In this document: one piece after another, positions 1 through 13,052 of the stretch
Position numbering within the stretch: position 1 is the first letter of the stretch
Layout: every line of letters starts with the position of its first letter
Source of the DNA: Octopus vulgaris
Taxonomy: Eukaryota
Direction: 5' to 3'
Assembly (NCBI GenBank): GCA_951406725.2
Contig: OX597823.1
Location: 59,272,001-59,336,000 of the forward strand
Length of the DNA: 64,000 nucleotides
Notes under the pieces: model-generated
The model's database searches: none
Told to the model about the DNA's origin: nothing
Seen by the model: only the letters and a program-made list of their open reading frames with translations
Translations under genes and position numbers: made by a program

Positions 1-1054
1 GTCGTTGTTCTTTCTTTTATTTATTTATTTTTTTTTTTATTTTAGTATTTCTTATATCTCTTTCTCTCTTAGATTGATTCATTAGCTTCTAATTGCTGTA
101 AACCACAGTTTTTCTGACATTTGCATAAATAGAGACGAAAAATTGAATTAAAACCAAATAGAAAAATATAAGCCAAAACCAAATAAAAACAAGAAATTTG
201 GAATAGGACACAGAAAATATACAAATAAATATAAATAATTAACTCATCTAATTTCTAATATTTGTTTTTACTCTTCTTTGTTTTCGTATTGTATTCTCTT
301 TCGTTTCTATATGGAACATTCTCATTCTATATATTTTTCTTATTTTGCTTAAGAGCGTATAATTATTTATTATTTTTAAACTGTATATTTATTTCTTTTA
401 GTTTTACTAAATTTTCATCAGTAATTTATAGTTTATTTGAGACTGCTCAAACTGCATGAAGTGCAAAGCAATTCACCAAACAGTCATAGCTTCAAGTATC
501 GTTCTCCTATATAACAAATAAATAGCAATACATGCCAAGTTCTAAACAGATTTAGAACGTATTTCTACTTCATGTTACAATTAATTTTTTATCTTTTGTA
601 CTGGATAATATAGCTGCTAGTGCAGTACATTCCTGAAATGTAATTTATACACTAACATTTCTATTTGTACTTTGTAACCAATCTTTTTTTGTTCTTACGT
701 TACGATTTTTTTTTTACTTTTGACCACGCAACAATGTTAAGAGTAATAATATAGCGATGTTTTATTTACTGCACTGACATCAGTGCATCGCGTCCAACTG
801 TTTCTAAAGCATTTATAGCAGTAACAACAAATCACATCAACAGTACTAAACAGTAACAGTATGAGGATCGAATCTCAAATAATATCATAAAACGTAATAT
901 TATCCGATGAGAAATGTTAATGATTCTTATTGATCATGTGTATACGTGTGTGTGTGTGTGTATGTGTGCGCGTGTGTGTGTGCGCGTGTGGACGTGTCTG
1001 TGTGTGCGTATGCAATCAATACGAATCATCATTTTTCGTGAGATAATATTACAC

Positions 1055-1055
<1 letters not shown>

Positions 1056-1135
<80 letters not shown>

Positions 1136-1148
1136 TATCATCATCATC
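1056..1148. repeat. (CAT)n microsatellite
   Basis: About 30 near-perfect CAT units; explains the poly-His ORF 914..1183. Confidence 0.97.
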
Positions 1149-1454
1149 GCAACAAACGTCATTATTATCATCAAAAGAAATGATAATTATTATTACTAAT
1201 TACCAGATAGCAAGTTAAGTTACAGGAAACAACGGGCCTGTGGTATTTGTTCAGAATCTTTAGGTTCTGAGTTCAAGTCCCACTAAAGTTAAATTTGCCT
1301 CTGGGGGCGATAAAAAGAAAGTAGCCTGTATTCGGGTAGATACTATCGGTTATTCCTTTCCCCAAAAAATGTTTGACCTTGTTCTTATGTAAGATATTAT
1401 TATTGTTGTTAATGCAATTTATATTAGTTATCATTGATATTTATATTGTTGTTA

Positions 1455-1675
1455 AGACGGCGATCTGTTAGAATCGTTAGCTGGCCGGGTAAAATGCTTA
1501 GCGCTAATTCGTCCGTCTTTACGTTCTGAGTTCAAATTCTACTGAGGTCGACTTTGCCTTTCATCCTTTCGGGGTCAATAAATTAAGTACCAGTGTTTCT
1601 CTAGGATTGATGTAATCTACTAGTCCCCTCCCCACCCCCAAACTCCAGGTTTTGTTCCCTTAGTAGAAAGGATAT
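1455..1675 (+). mobile_element. tRNA-derived SINE, family A (Deu/Nin-domain-like core)
   Basis: B-box-like GAGTTCAAATTC, core GTCGACTTTGCCTTTCATCCTTTCGGGGTCAATAAATTAAGTACCAG and TAT-rich tail; the same sequence recurs many times in the window. A decayed copy lies just upstream (~1243-1398). The Deu/Nin assignment is from recalled similarity only. Confidence 0.9.
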
Positions 1676-1783
1676 TATCATTGTTGCTTGCCGTGAATAG
1701 ATGCTTGATCGGCGCACTGATAAAAAATTATTCGTCACAATCATTTTGATAAGAAATTTTTGTCTCGTTTAATCGACAAAGAA

Positions 1784-2210
1784 CCTCGGAACTTTCCAGG
1801 AAGTGCCCAAATCCTCGGAACTTTCTATGAAGTACCATAATCCTCGGAACTTTACAGGAAGTAGACAAATCCTCGCAAATTTCCAGGAAATTCTTTAATC
1901 CTCGGAACTTTCCAGGAAATAATCTACTAATGGGAACTTTCCAGGAAGTACCCAGATCCTCGGAAATCTCCGTGAAGTATCCTAATCCTCGGAACTTTCC
2001 ATAAATTACCCATGCCTCGGATATTTCCAAGAAGTACCCTTATCCTCGGAACTTTCCAGGAAATACCCAATCCTCGGAACTGTCCGGAAGTACCTAATCC
2101 TCGAAACGTTCCATGATGTAGCGAATATTCGGAACTTTCCAAGAATTGATTTTCCATAATTCTCGGAACTATCCACTAAGTACTCTAATCCTCGGGACTT
2201 TCCAGGAAGG
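1784..2210. repeat. ~29-bp minisatellite, ~15 diverged units
   Basis: Consensus CCTCGGAACTTTCCAGGAAGTACCCWAAT repeats mostly at 27-29 bp spacing; the first ~19 nt are conserved and the rest is variable. Confidence 0.95.
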
Positions 2211-2600
2211 CTTAAATGCCAGCCATTGTGACATTCTATCCTTTCAAACTTTGCTTTCCAATATTTTTTTATTTTTATTCAGCTCTCAAATTCGTCTGTC
2301 CCTTTTAAATGTTAGTGTTTTGCTGTCCGCCTTGAAGTAGATATTTCCGTTGTCACTGCCTGATATTAATGATTGATCTTTCAAAATATTTTCTTGTTCA
2401 ACTTACTCAAGATCCTTTGTTCTTTATAAATGGAAGAGAGACAGATAAAGATAGAGCGTAAGAGAAAGCGAGGGAAAATCCGAGAGAAGGGAAGAGTAAG
2501 AGAGTGGGAAAGTGAGAGAGAAAGGAGAGAGAAACAAAGAGGGAGAATGGTGTGATAAGAAACAGAAAGGAAGCAACAGAAAGTAACAACCACACCCTTA

Positions 2601-2631
2601 CCCGCGCGTAGAGCGGGTCGCCTTAAGTTAG
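2601..2631 (+). mobile_element. Probable Helitron 3' end
   Basis: GC hairpin CCCGC-gcgtaga-GCGGG followed 10 nt later by TTAG|T (CTAG with one change). Confidence 0.55.
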
Positions 2632-3344
2632 TATTTAATAATTTTTATGCTTCGGATCTAAATGTGCTTACGATTAACATTGCGTGATAGAATCGAAACG
2701 TTTCTTTCTACATTTAATTCAGCAAGATCATTAAGATATTTCTAAAATGTCCTTAGACAAGGTGGAAATGGCATAGAAATCTGCTTACATCAAATATTAC
2801 TGTTAGCATTTTAGTAGTATTTATTGTTGTTGTTGTTGTTGTTCTTCCTGTTGTTTGGCTCCAAGTATATTTTGATTAAACAAACTTTTGGTCAAAAGCG
2901 TTCGAGACATAATTATCCGTTTTCTTGTTTTGACTCATTATATGGATGACTCCATTATACAGAGCTTGTTTGTTTTTTTGTATTTTTGCGTTAGTTTTTT
3001 TGCTTGCTATGATATTTCAAAGAGAGATTTGACAGCCGATTTTAAAACATCGAATCAGTAGATTCTTCGTTGTCCCATCGTTGACACACAGATATGGTAG
3101 AAAACTCAAAGCTAGGTGTTCCGTACCCTGGAGTCGAAATCAGACACACAGGATTATCTAGTAAATTCTTAATATAGTAAATTCGTAGAGTAACTGTTAT
3201 AGAACACATTTTTGTCTTCTGTGGACATCTCTATCTCTCTCCCTCTTAATTTATGTACATACATACTTACATACATACATACATACATATAACATACATA
3301 CATACATACATACATACATACATACATAAAGTATGCATGTATAT

Positions 3345-3727
3345 AGGTAAAACCTTGAAGGGTTTTAGACGAACACATCGACCCCAAGACTTATTCTTTG
3401 TAAGCCTAGTACACATTCTATCGATCCCTTTTGCCAAACCGTTAAGTTACGGGGACGTAAATACACCAGCATCGGTTGTCAAGCGATGGCGGGAGGGTGG
3501 ACAAGCACAAACATACACACAAATATGTATACACACACATACACACTCACACATATATATTTACGATGAGCTTCTTTCAGTTTTCGTCTACCAAATCCAC
3601 TCAAAAAGATTTGGTCGGCCCGAGGTTATAGTAGGAGACACTTGCCCAAGGTGCCACGTAGTGGGACTGAACCCGGAACGACGTGGTTGGGAAGCAAGTT
3701 TCTTACCACACAACCATGTTTGCGCCT
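3345..3727 (-). mobile_element. tRNA-derived SINE, family B (CORE-like)
   Basis: Reverse complement of the family-B head (GGTTCAGTCCCAC...GGCACCTTGGGCAAGTGTC) with internal CA/TA tract and tail. Confidence 0.9.
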
Positions 3728-4279
3728 TATACATATATACTTTTGTATCCATACATGTGTGTATACACATACACACACAAGCTTACATACGTGCATACAC
3801 ACATATACATACATGGAGAGTGACATTACGTATTTTCTATAGATGAATTTACAAGGAATGTCTGGACATAACATGTTTCTTACATGTTTTTTTTTAAATG
3901 AATTTAGAGCTTGTGAGCTACTTTGCAGAATGTCTTTTCCATCACTTATTTACAGAGGCCATTTATCATCATTACACCTTGTTCTATATTGAGGCAAGTC
4001 GGGTGAATGACGATTCCGATATGCTAATTCTGCTTTTTATCGGTGATTTTCTGCATTATTTGGTACAGGACTAACATATATATATATGAGAAACAGTATT
4101 AGTAGACAAGACGAAAGAAAGGATTGATGTAGGAATAAATATATTGAAAAGAATTGCATTTGTCAGGTAATTAAGCCTCTTCTTTTGTGTAATATCAATA
4201 TTAGATTTCTACCAGTGACAAATTACTAAAAACTACTTGCACTAGTACACACACACACACACACATACATAGGTATTTA

Positions 4280-4330
<51 letters not shown>

Positions 4331-4332
<2 letters not shown>

Positions 4333-4604
4333 TTATATATAGAGGGCATTATACATACATGCCAGAGGGCATTATACATACAAGCCACACGCTAAGAGGG
4401 ACAATTAGTCATTTCTACCAAAAATTTTACTAATCGTTTCGTACTACATCATTTCGTACTACATCGTTTCGTACTACATCATTTCGTACTACATCGTTTC
4501 GTACTACATCATTTTATTAAGAAATGACTAATTGTCCCTCTTAGCGTGTGGCATGTATGTATAATGCCCTCTGCATGTATGTATAATGCCCTCTATATAT
4601 AAAT
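4331..4604. repeat. Foldback: ~85-bp inverted arms around a 15-bp tandem array
   Basis: 4331-4416 and 4520-4604 are reverse complements (1 mismatch, 1 indel). The core 4433-4507 is five ATCRTTTCGTACTAC units. The structure lies between (TA)n tracts. Confidence 0.92.
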
Positions 4605-4725
4605 TAATATGTTCAATAAGAAATAATTATTTTCGAAATTTTTTCTTTTATGAGGTCTTTCACGCTATCTACCTGACAATTTCTTGTTAAGTTTTCCTTA
4701 TTAAGTAGTTGTCCTTAATTGCTAA

Positions 4726-4784
<59 letters not shown>

Positions 4785-5011
4785 TTTCATATATGTGTGT
4801 ATGTGTGTGTGTGTGTGCGAGAAAAAGAGAGAAAGAGCGAGAGGGAGCTGCTAGAATGCAATAATCCAGATATACCTTGTTATAAGTGTAAATTAAATAG
4901 AGACAAAAATAGTGAAGTTCTTGTTTAAAAAGTCACTTGACGAGGTGGATTCTACACAACACACACACACAAACACACACAAACACACACGCATATTTCA
5001 TATATATCTAT

Positions 5012-5428
5012 AGACGCAGGAGTGGCTGTGTGGTAAGTACCTTGCTAACCAACCACATGGTTCCAGGTTCAGTCCCACTTCGTGGCATCTTGGGCAAGTG
5101 TCTTCTGCTATAGCCCCGGGCCGACCAATGCCTTGCGAGTGGATATGGTAGACGGAAACTGAAAGAAGCCTGTCGTATATATGTATATATATATAAGTGT
5201 GTGTGTATATGTTTGTATGTCTGTGTTTGTCCCCCTAGCATTGCTTGGCAACCGATGCTGGTGTGTTTACGTCCCCGTCACTTAGCGGTTCGGTAAAATA
5301 GACCGATAGAATAAGTACTAGGCTTACAAAGAATAAGTCCCGGGTCGATTTGCTCGACTAAAGGCGGTGCTCCAGCATGGCCGCAGTCAAATGACTGAAA
5401 CAAGTAAAAGAGTAAAAAGAGTAAAGAG
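5012..5428 (+). mobile_element. SINE family B, full length
   Basis: A-box TGGCTGTGTGG, B-box GGTTCAGTCCC, CORE-like TGGCATCTTGGGCAAGTGTCTT, internal TA/TG tract and (GTAAAAGA)n tail. Confidence 0.93.
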
Positions 5429-5530
5429 TATATGTACACATGTATGCGTGTATATATATATATATATATATATTTGTTTATATATATATGTGTGTATATA
5501 TAAAACATTTATATATATATATATATATAT

Positions 5531-5589
<59 letters not shown>

Positions 5590-5687
5590 TATACATATAT
5601 ATATACACACATATGCATACATATCTATATGAATATATAATGTTGCCACTTGATATGAAAATTTTTGTATTAATGGAAAACCTCTAT

Positions 5688-5778
5688 AATTGGCTAATGA
5701 GTGCTCAGCAGTTTAAAACTGTTGTAATACTTACAACATTTAATAAAATGATGTAGTACGAAACGATCGTACCAAATT
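5688..5778 (+). ncRNA. Type I hammerhead ribozyme fold, G5A core variant (probably inactive)
   Basis: TTGG-CTAATGA-[59-nt stem II GTGCT...AGTAC]-GAAA-C-GATC-GTA-CCAA: stem I TTGG/CCAA, palindromic stem III ACGATCGT, GUA site. Lies in a ~280-bp insert between (TA)n tracts. Confidence 0.75.
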
Positions 5779-5907
5779 ACCGGAGTCATTCTTGTTGCTT
5801 ATTTTGATTATAATAACCCTACGGATTTTTATGGATAACACCATACAGAATTCTTGTGCATCTAAATTAAGTACCATATTCATTTGAATCTAAATTTTTG
5901 CTGAACT

Positions 5908-5967
<60 letters not shown>

Positions 5968-6198
5968 TGCATATGCATGTATAAACATATGTTTTTTCAC
6001 TATAGAAATAGCTGTAGAGTCTATGTGATAGCTGAAAGTTATTACTCAGTTTGGTGATACTGGTGGTGAAGGTTCTGCTTGTGTTAGGTAAATACATTTA
6101 ATATAAGAATGTTACATTGTCGTTTGGGAATTCGCCGAAGATGTAACCTGAAATATTTGTATATATATATATATATATATATATATGAATGTATTTCT

Positions 6199-6636
6199 AA
6201 ACATTGTTGTTTCTAAATCTCTCAACAAGGGATATTCAGTAGCAGCACATCACATCACTTTAAAGTAACAATTATTTGCCAACCTAATGTGACAGTCCCG
6301 TTTGGGCCGAATGCTACTGTTGTTTAGCTCTAGAAGGCATCGTCTCCAGCTGGCTATACGACATAAGGTCAGTGTCCTTATATTTTCGACAAGGGGATGT
6401 TAGCACCCTCCACTAAGCAATATCTGTGAACCGTACGGTTTGAGGATTATTTTCCTTCGTCGGCACAGCATAACCCTTTGGCTGAGATGGTGCTGCGAAA
6501 CACCCGTTCGAAAATATATATATAATTTTCTAAGAGACTCACAGTCACTGATCTAATAAATAGAAACATTATTGTTCCTAAATCTCACAACGAAAGATAT
6601 TCAGTAGCTACATTTTAAAGTAATGATTATTTGGCA
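6199..6636. repeat. ~365-bp unit with ~75-bp terminal direct repeats, beside (TA)n
   Basis: 6199-6280 and 6564-6636 are diverged copies (AAACATT..TAAATCTC.CAAC..GATATTCAGTAGC..TTTAAAGTAA..ATTATTTG). Confidence 0.75.
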
Positions 6637-7290
6637 TACATATATATATATATACATACATACACGCATATATACATACACACACATACATGTATATGAA
6701 TAAATGGGTTTTGGTGTATAGAGAGCGATACATGCATAAATACAAGTATATACATATATGAACGTATATATGCATAATCGCACAGACATACTAATGCATT
6801 TTGTATGTATGCGTATTCATGTGAAACAACTGAGTATTACTTGTAAAGTACTATATAAAATTCATGCCTACTTGAGTTACAAATTTCATTATATTTAACC
6901 GTTACATAAACAGAAAATCGCAAGCGTGATTCATGCAGCGACAGCTTACTATGTGACTAGACTGATGTCTGGAGGATTTTCTATGGGTTTATTCTAGTTC
7001 AAAAGTCTGTTTTATTATTCGTTTGTCAATTGATTACAAGAAGCAATTAATTCACAGGTAGTTTGAATATATTTGACCTACACTATTTGATTTTATTGCG
7101 AGAGAAATATAATTACTGAATTCACACTGAGTACTTATACTGTGCATAATTGTCATTGAAAGTTGTTTTTATATTTTTAAAAAATGAATAAATAATTGTT
7201 GCTATCTGCTTATCATCTAGCTACATAAGGTATATATATACGTATGTATGTATATACATATAAATGTATATATGTGTGTGTGTGTTTGTG

Positions 7291-7327
<37 letters not shown>

Positions 7328-7329
<2 letters not shown>

Positions 7330-7527
7330 TTTTACTCTTCTACTTGTTTCAGTCATTTGACTGCGGCCATGCTGGAGCACCGCCTTTAATCGAGCAACTC
7401 GACCCCGGGACTTATTCTATCAGTCCCTTTTGCCGAACCGCTAGGTAACGGGGACATAAACACACCAGCATCGGTTGTCAAGCAATGCTAGGGGGACAAA
7501 CACAGACACACAAACACACACACGCAT

Positions 7528-7599
<72 letters not shown>

Positions 7600-7762
7600 G
7601 ACGGGCTTCTTTCAGTTTCCGTCTACCAAATCCACTCACAAGGCTTTGGTCGGTCCGATGCTATAGTAGAAGACATTTGCCCATGGTGCCACGCAGTGGG
7701 ACAGAACACGGAACCATGTGGTTGGCAAACAAGCTACTTACCACACAGCCACTCCTGCGCCT
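7328..7762 (-). mobile_element. SINE family B, full length
   Basis: Reverse complement of the 5012-5428 copy with an expanded internal (TA)n. Confidence 0.93.
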
Positions 7763-7802
7763 ATATATATATATGTATGTATGTATGTATATATATGTAT
7801 AG

Positions 7803-7900
<98 letters not shown>

Positions 7901-8667
7901 ATGTAGTTATAATCCTTATTTTAAAGAAAGCCAAAAAATTTTACACTTCAAGACAGTTTCATAATAAAAACAAGCTTCCTCGTCACTTGTCTCCAAGGTA
8001 AGATATGTATAGCCTCAGTTCTCTGATCTATAAACGTCCTCAAAATACACGAGATAAAATGAGTATCTGGGTTGATCATTTGTAGTTACTACCTGCTACT
8101 GTTCTCGGCAGAGTTTGAACTCGTGAACCACTCGATAGCTGGTCTTTTAGGCAATTGTAATTGTTTAGATCAGTGACAAACCATCTGTGAGATTATGGCA
8201 GTTTGATAAACTTCAAAGCAATTCTTTAACTTTGCTTACTGATCAATATCATCAATAGTATTGATTTGTCTTGGCTAGATATAAGACATGACTGTGAAGT
8301 TAAGAATTTAACATTGCAGTTACTTAGATTCGGGTTCTGTCTCATTGTACGGCACTTTAGGCAAGTGGGTTTTTATTTTGTTTTTGTACAGTTTCATACC
8401 ATGCTGGTCAGTGCCTTGTGAGTGCAGTCTGGGTGAAGTCTACTGAGTACCTGTGTATTCAAACCGATACACTGTAGTATCGATGGCTAAGTTCCTTATT
8501 TCCTAATACACTAAGTTCGATTTGCATTTTGTATCTTACACAAACGATGGTTTTAACGTGCAAAATGCAAAGGTTGATATAATCAACCAAAAGTGTTCCG
8601 AGCGATGCCCCATCATGACCGTATTACAATGATTGAAACCAGCAAAAGATGACTGCAAGAAGATATA

Positions 8668-8862
8668 CAAGGAGATGCTGAAAAGTTCTTGACTTTAAGG
8701 GTATCGCGAAAGGCCTGCCTGGAGGCCCAACCTTCCGAGTTCTTTTACAGGCCGCTGCAATACGTGTGTGAATCTGAGAAGGGAATATGATAAATAAAAT
8801 CATAATTAACAAATCTCTTGTTTTCTTTTGCCCAAAACCAAGAATTTTTCAGCAGCCCCTCG
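8668..8862. mobile_element. Mariner-type MITE
   Basis: TA-flanked imperfect TIRs CAAGGAGATGCTGAAAAGTTCTTG / CAAGAATTTTTCAGCAGCCCCTCG; further copies at 61974 and 62544. Confidence 0.85.
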
Positions 8863-8879
8863 TAGGCATTATATATTTA

Positions 8880-9350
8880 TCGAAAGTAACTGAAGTGCTG
8901 GGACATTCATTTCTTTTCTACAGCAATAGTAGGATGAATGCTGTGAATTTCGTCCCTCTTTTACGTTCTGGATTCAAATGTCAACAGGGTCGACTTTGTC
9001 TTTCATCCTTTCAGGGTCGATAAAATAAGTACCAGTTGAGCACTGGGGTCGAAGCAATCAGCTAGTCCCTTCATTGAAACGGCTACACTTGTGCCAAAAT
9101 TTGAACCCAATATTATATCTTCATTGAAAGGCAGTGAGCCGTCAGAATCGTTAGAGCGTTGGACAAAATATTTAGCATATTTTCTTTCGGTTTTTACCTT
9201 CTAAACTCCAATCCCACCGAGATTAACTTTGCTATCATCTTTTCGGGATGACTTAAATAATGTACCAATCAAGTACTGACGTCGGTGCAATCGACTAACT
9301 CCACTTCCCTAAATTTCATTCCTTCCTCTTACATTAGAAACAACTATTAT
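8880..9350 (+). mobile_element. Two tandem SINE family A copies
   Basis: Family-A B-box and core at ~8965-9060 and again at ~9200-9300. Confidence 0.85.
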
Positions 9351-10214
9351 ATCTCTATAAGCACTGACAAGTCATTCGCTCTTTCTTATCGCACTTAAAC
9401 TCTGCTGTTCCTGGAAGTATTTATTTTTACATCTAAATTTTTTCCGCAATTGTGCTGGAATTCCAACCTCGGCATGCTCATCTCTTGCTAAGTATTAGTG
9501 CACGTCTGTTTATGTACGTGTACATGCGTATGAGCGTGCACATATGTGTATATTAAATACTGCGAAACAGTTGAACTTAAATTGATTTATTACTAGAAAT
9601 ATTTGTCAGAATTTCCAATGCTCTAGGTTGTTGTTGATATCAGTCTTCACCGTGAAACCTTGCTCTGCAAGATAGCTGGACATTGCTTATGTGTGCAGTA
9701 CTGTGGCTACTTAAACTAATGAAATACTTATTAATGTGAGACCTGTTTATTGCAGAACGAACTGAGCCGGAAACAATGTAAAACATTGAATTGAATTCAA
9801 ATGCTTTAGAAGATTAACTGCCGTCATGATCACTCAATCGTGTTGTTGTTTAAACCCCGGTCAACTGTGATCAAGCAGACTTAAGCTTACATGTCATTCT
9901 TTCTGTGACCATCGCATCGATAGTGCTAAAAGTAAAGCCAATGATCACGTCATTCCACTGGTGACCATCTTGTTAAATTTGATGTAGTCATCCCAACTTC
10001 GACTAAGTATATTTTTCTGAATGTATCTACAGCAGCCACATTATCCAAAATTTTCGGTGAAATTTATGGAAGATTTGGGTATTATTTCTAGTACGTCAAG
10101 TGGCCCGTAGAGATGTCTCATTGACTCATCGTCAAACATTTTCTTTTTTTTTTTCCTCTTGACTTGATTTCTCACTGACCGTAACTTAGTACAAATCACG
10201 ATTCGAGTTAACAG

Positions 10215-10388
10215 GAGAGCCTCTGCGTGGTCGCTCGGCCTGCTAGAAATAGCAGCCAGTCGATGGGAGCTCATTATACTTCTTTCTAGATATATTACTT
10301 GTAATGTAAAAGGGAGTGGTTTCAGATAAAATGCTTTTGATCATGTTTGCTCATTTAGTGATCACCTGGGGCTAAACGACATAACAAC
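10215..10388 (+). mobile_element. Short interspersed repeat, family C
   Basis: GGTCGCTCGGCCTGCTAGAAATAGCAGCCA...CCTGGGGCTAAAC with (CAA) tail. Diverged copies lie near 2830-3080, 9840, 17540, 21960-22300, 22640, 31930 and 43620. Confidence 0.7.
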
Positions 10389-11475
10389 ATATGGAAATAA
10401 AAACAAAACGCGCGCTTTAAGATTTTATACAAAAACAAACAAACGGTAAGAAGGCGAGGTGTGAACCATTGTTGTAATCAACTGTAAAACACATAAAAAC
10501 CGCATATGCATCAATTTTGGCAAACTTACAAAAGAATTTTAATCAATTGTGCTTTTGAATATTTTCTTAGCTTTAATTAGTCATTCAGATTTTGGTTTTT
10601 CATCTTTTTGTGAATATCTCATAAAACTGGTAAATTTCAAAGTGAATGTACCAAGGATTATTATGTTTAAAACAGAGTATTCACAATTATGACCTGTAAA
10701 ATTTCACCTGCAATTATGATTCATAAAATGTATCGGTGATTTTTAACTTAAAAAAAAATTTACGAGTAATTATAAGTCATAAAAATGTATACATCATCAT
10801 TACAGAAAAAGAAAAAAAAAAGATGAGGTGAAAATGCACTTACTTTTAAAATTCCATCTGTTGTCTCCGCTTTAAATTATTTTGTTTTAGTTTTGTTTTG
10901 TTGTTGCCAATACGCTGCCGCTGCCAATTGCCACACAAAGATCAACTAAAAAAAAAAAAACGAGAGAAAAAAGAAAAGAAAATTCTAATTGATTTGCAAT
11001 CTAAAGAGATGCATTGTATCGTATATAAAGTCTGAAAGAGTTGTTAGCTCATAACTAACTCTAACTTAACCCTTTGTTAACGACTTATAAAGTTAAATAA
11101 TATATAAGATACCATGTTGCTATATTGATGTATGAAACGCGTCAAATCAAATGTGTAATTTTCTCACAGCTGAAACAGTTCAATAATAATCAAATGAAAA
11201 AGATCAAAGTGTTAAACTCAAGTCAATGTTATAAATATTCTACTAATGTATTGCTCAGTTAACTGGGTGCCTATATAACCATTAAAGCAACACAAACCTT
11301 CGGTATTTCAATATTATATTATAAAAACGGCTATTTCCTTAAACAGTATTGCTCATCGAAACAGTGATGCACTACCAACATAGTTTCATTGAACTCAACA
11401 CTGGAATTTATTGCTTATATCTTAATATACACGTTCAGCAAATTAGTGTTACTGTTGTTGTTGTTATTATTATTT

Positions 11476-12112
11476 AAGACGTCACGCAGTATCCAATGTC
11501 GTAATGTTATTGATTTAAGATATACGTACAGTGGTTTTGTACTGTCTGCTATGTCACAACAAGGACCTCAGACTGACAGTACTTTACGCAATATATGTGC
11601 AGTTCCAAGAAATGCTGATTTTTGCAAAACACCTAGATTGTAGGGTGTTTCTAAAGTTTCCAGATGCTTCTTCAGGTTGGGTACCACATCTTTAAGATGC
11701 CACATCTTTTGTATTTCGGTTTCCAGGTCCTTATATTTACTTAATTTGTCAAATTCCTTTACTGATATATTTTATCAGTGGGAACACTTACATCTATTAG
11801 TCTACATGTATTTTCTTCCCTTTCTTTAATGATTATGTTTGGTCGGTTAGCCTGGATCGTTCTGTCGGTGTTGGCTGTTGCTTAGTCTATATCAGCATTT
11901 CGGCTTCGAAGTATAAACTGTCCATGCAGAGGCTTCTACCTCCACTGCTCCTCAATTTTTTTCTGCCCGTTCTTTTTTTTGCAGTCTGTTTGGCCTGATT
12001 TCCTTCTTCGGTGGCAGGGGTCTCAGATTCTTTATCTAATTCAGAGTTCCCTTGCGAATTTGTAAGCTTCCCTGACAAAAGAATATGATTGATTTATTTT
12101 CCTGCCATCGCG
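11476..12112 (-). mobile_element. R4/Dong-clade LINE 3' fragment with restriction-like endonuclease domain
   Basis: Minus strand translates TDRTIQANRPNIIIKEREENTCRLIDVSVPTDK/ISVKEFDKLSKYKDLETEIQKMWHLK...LQKSAFLGTAHILRKVLSV* with a frameshift and deletions. It ends in a (TAA/CAA)n tract. Confidence 0.88.
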
Positions 12113-12215
12113 TTTGTGCACAAGCTGCAGCATCCATTCCTCTGTACTAGATGAAACTATTATCATCATCATTACTATTATTATTGCTACTGTTGTTATT
12201 ATTATTGCTGTTGTT

Positions 12216-12248
<33 letters not shown>

Positions 12249-12254
12249 ACTATT

Positions 12255-12560
12255 ATTTCTATTTGTGGCTGATATGAAACCTTCAGTCTCTGCTTTCAAT
12301 CCTGAGCTTCTCAGTCACTGATGGGCTGTTGCTTAGTCTATATCAGCATTTCGGCTTCGAAGTATAAACTGTCCATGCAGAGGCTTCTACCTCCACTGCT
12401 CCTCAATTTCTTTCTGCCCGTTCTTTTTTTTTTTTGCAGTCTGTTTGGCCTGATTTCCTTCTTTGGTGGCAGTGGTCTCAGATTCTTTATCTAATTCAGA
12501 GTTCCCTTGCGAATTTGTAAGCTTCCTTGACAATAGAATATGATTTATTTTCCTGCCTTC
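12255..12560 (-). mobile_element. Second R4/Dong fragment (local duplicate)
   Basis: KPLHGQFILRSRNADID*ATAHQ*LRSSGLKAETEGFISAT; 12325-12560 is nearly identical to 11874-12110, including a shared stop. Confidence 0.85.
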
Positions 12561-12868
12561 GTGCACATACAAATATACATGCATGCACACAAAACACATA
12601 CGTATGCAGACGTACACGCACATGCACATACACACACACACATACACTCTCTCTGTATTGCTGTTATCTCTCTCTTTCTCTCTAACCAAAAATGAGCTAC
12701 GAGAAATAACTCAAAATTGCAAGAGTCGTATATTTGAATAAGAGATAACTACAGGTATGTGAAATACCATACAACATAAATTTTTGATTCGTTGAAAATA
12801 TCATCGGTGCTAGAGGATATATCAATTACTAGCTGGCAATTAAAACCAGTTCATATGTATTATGCATA

Positions 12869-12973
<105 letters not shown>

Positions 12974-13003
12974 GTGCATATATATATATACATCCATACA
13001 TAC

Positions 13004-13050
<47 letters not shown>

Positions 13051-13052
<2 letters not shown>

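Noticed and set aside
1784-2210. CRISPR-like look of conserved plus variable repeat
   Set aside because: The variable parts are only ~10 nt and mutually homologous; eukaryotic context with no cas genes.
6474-6488. Resemblance to U2 snRNA stem-loop I (CCCTTTGGCTGAGAT)
   Set aside because: Only 15 nt with mismatches; the rest of U2 is absent.
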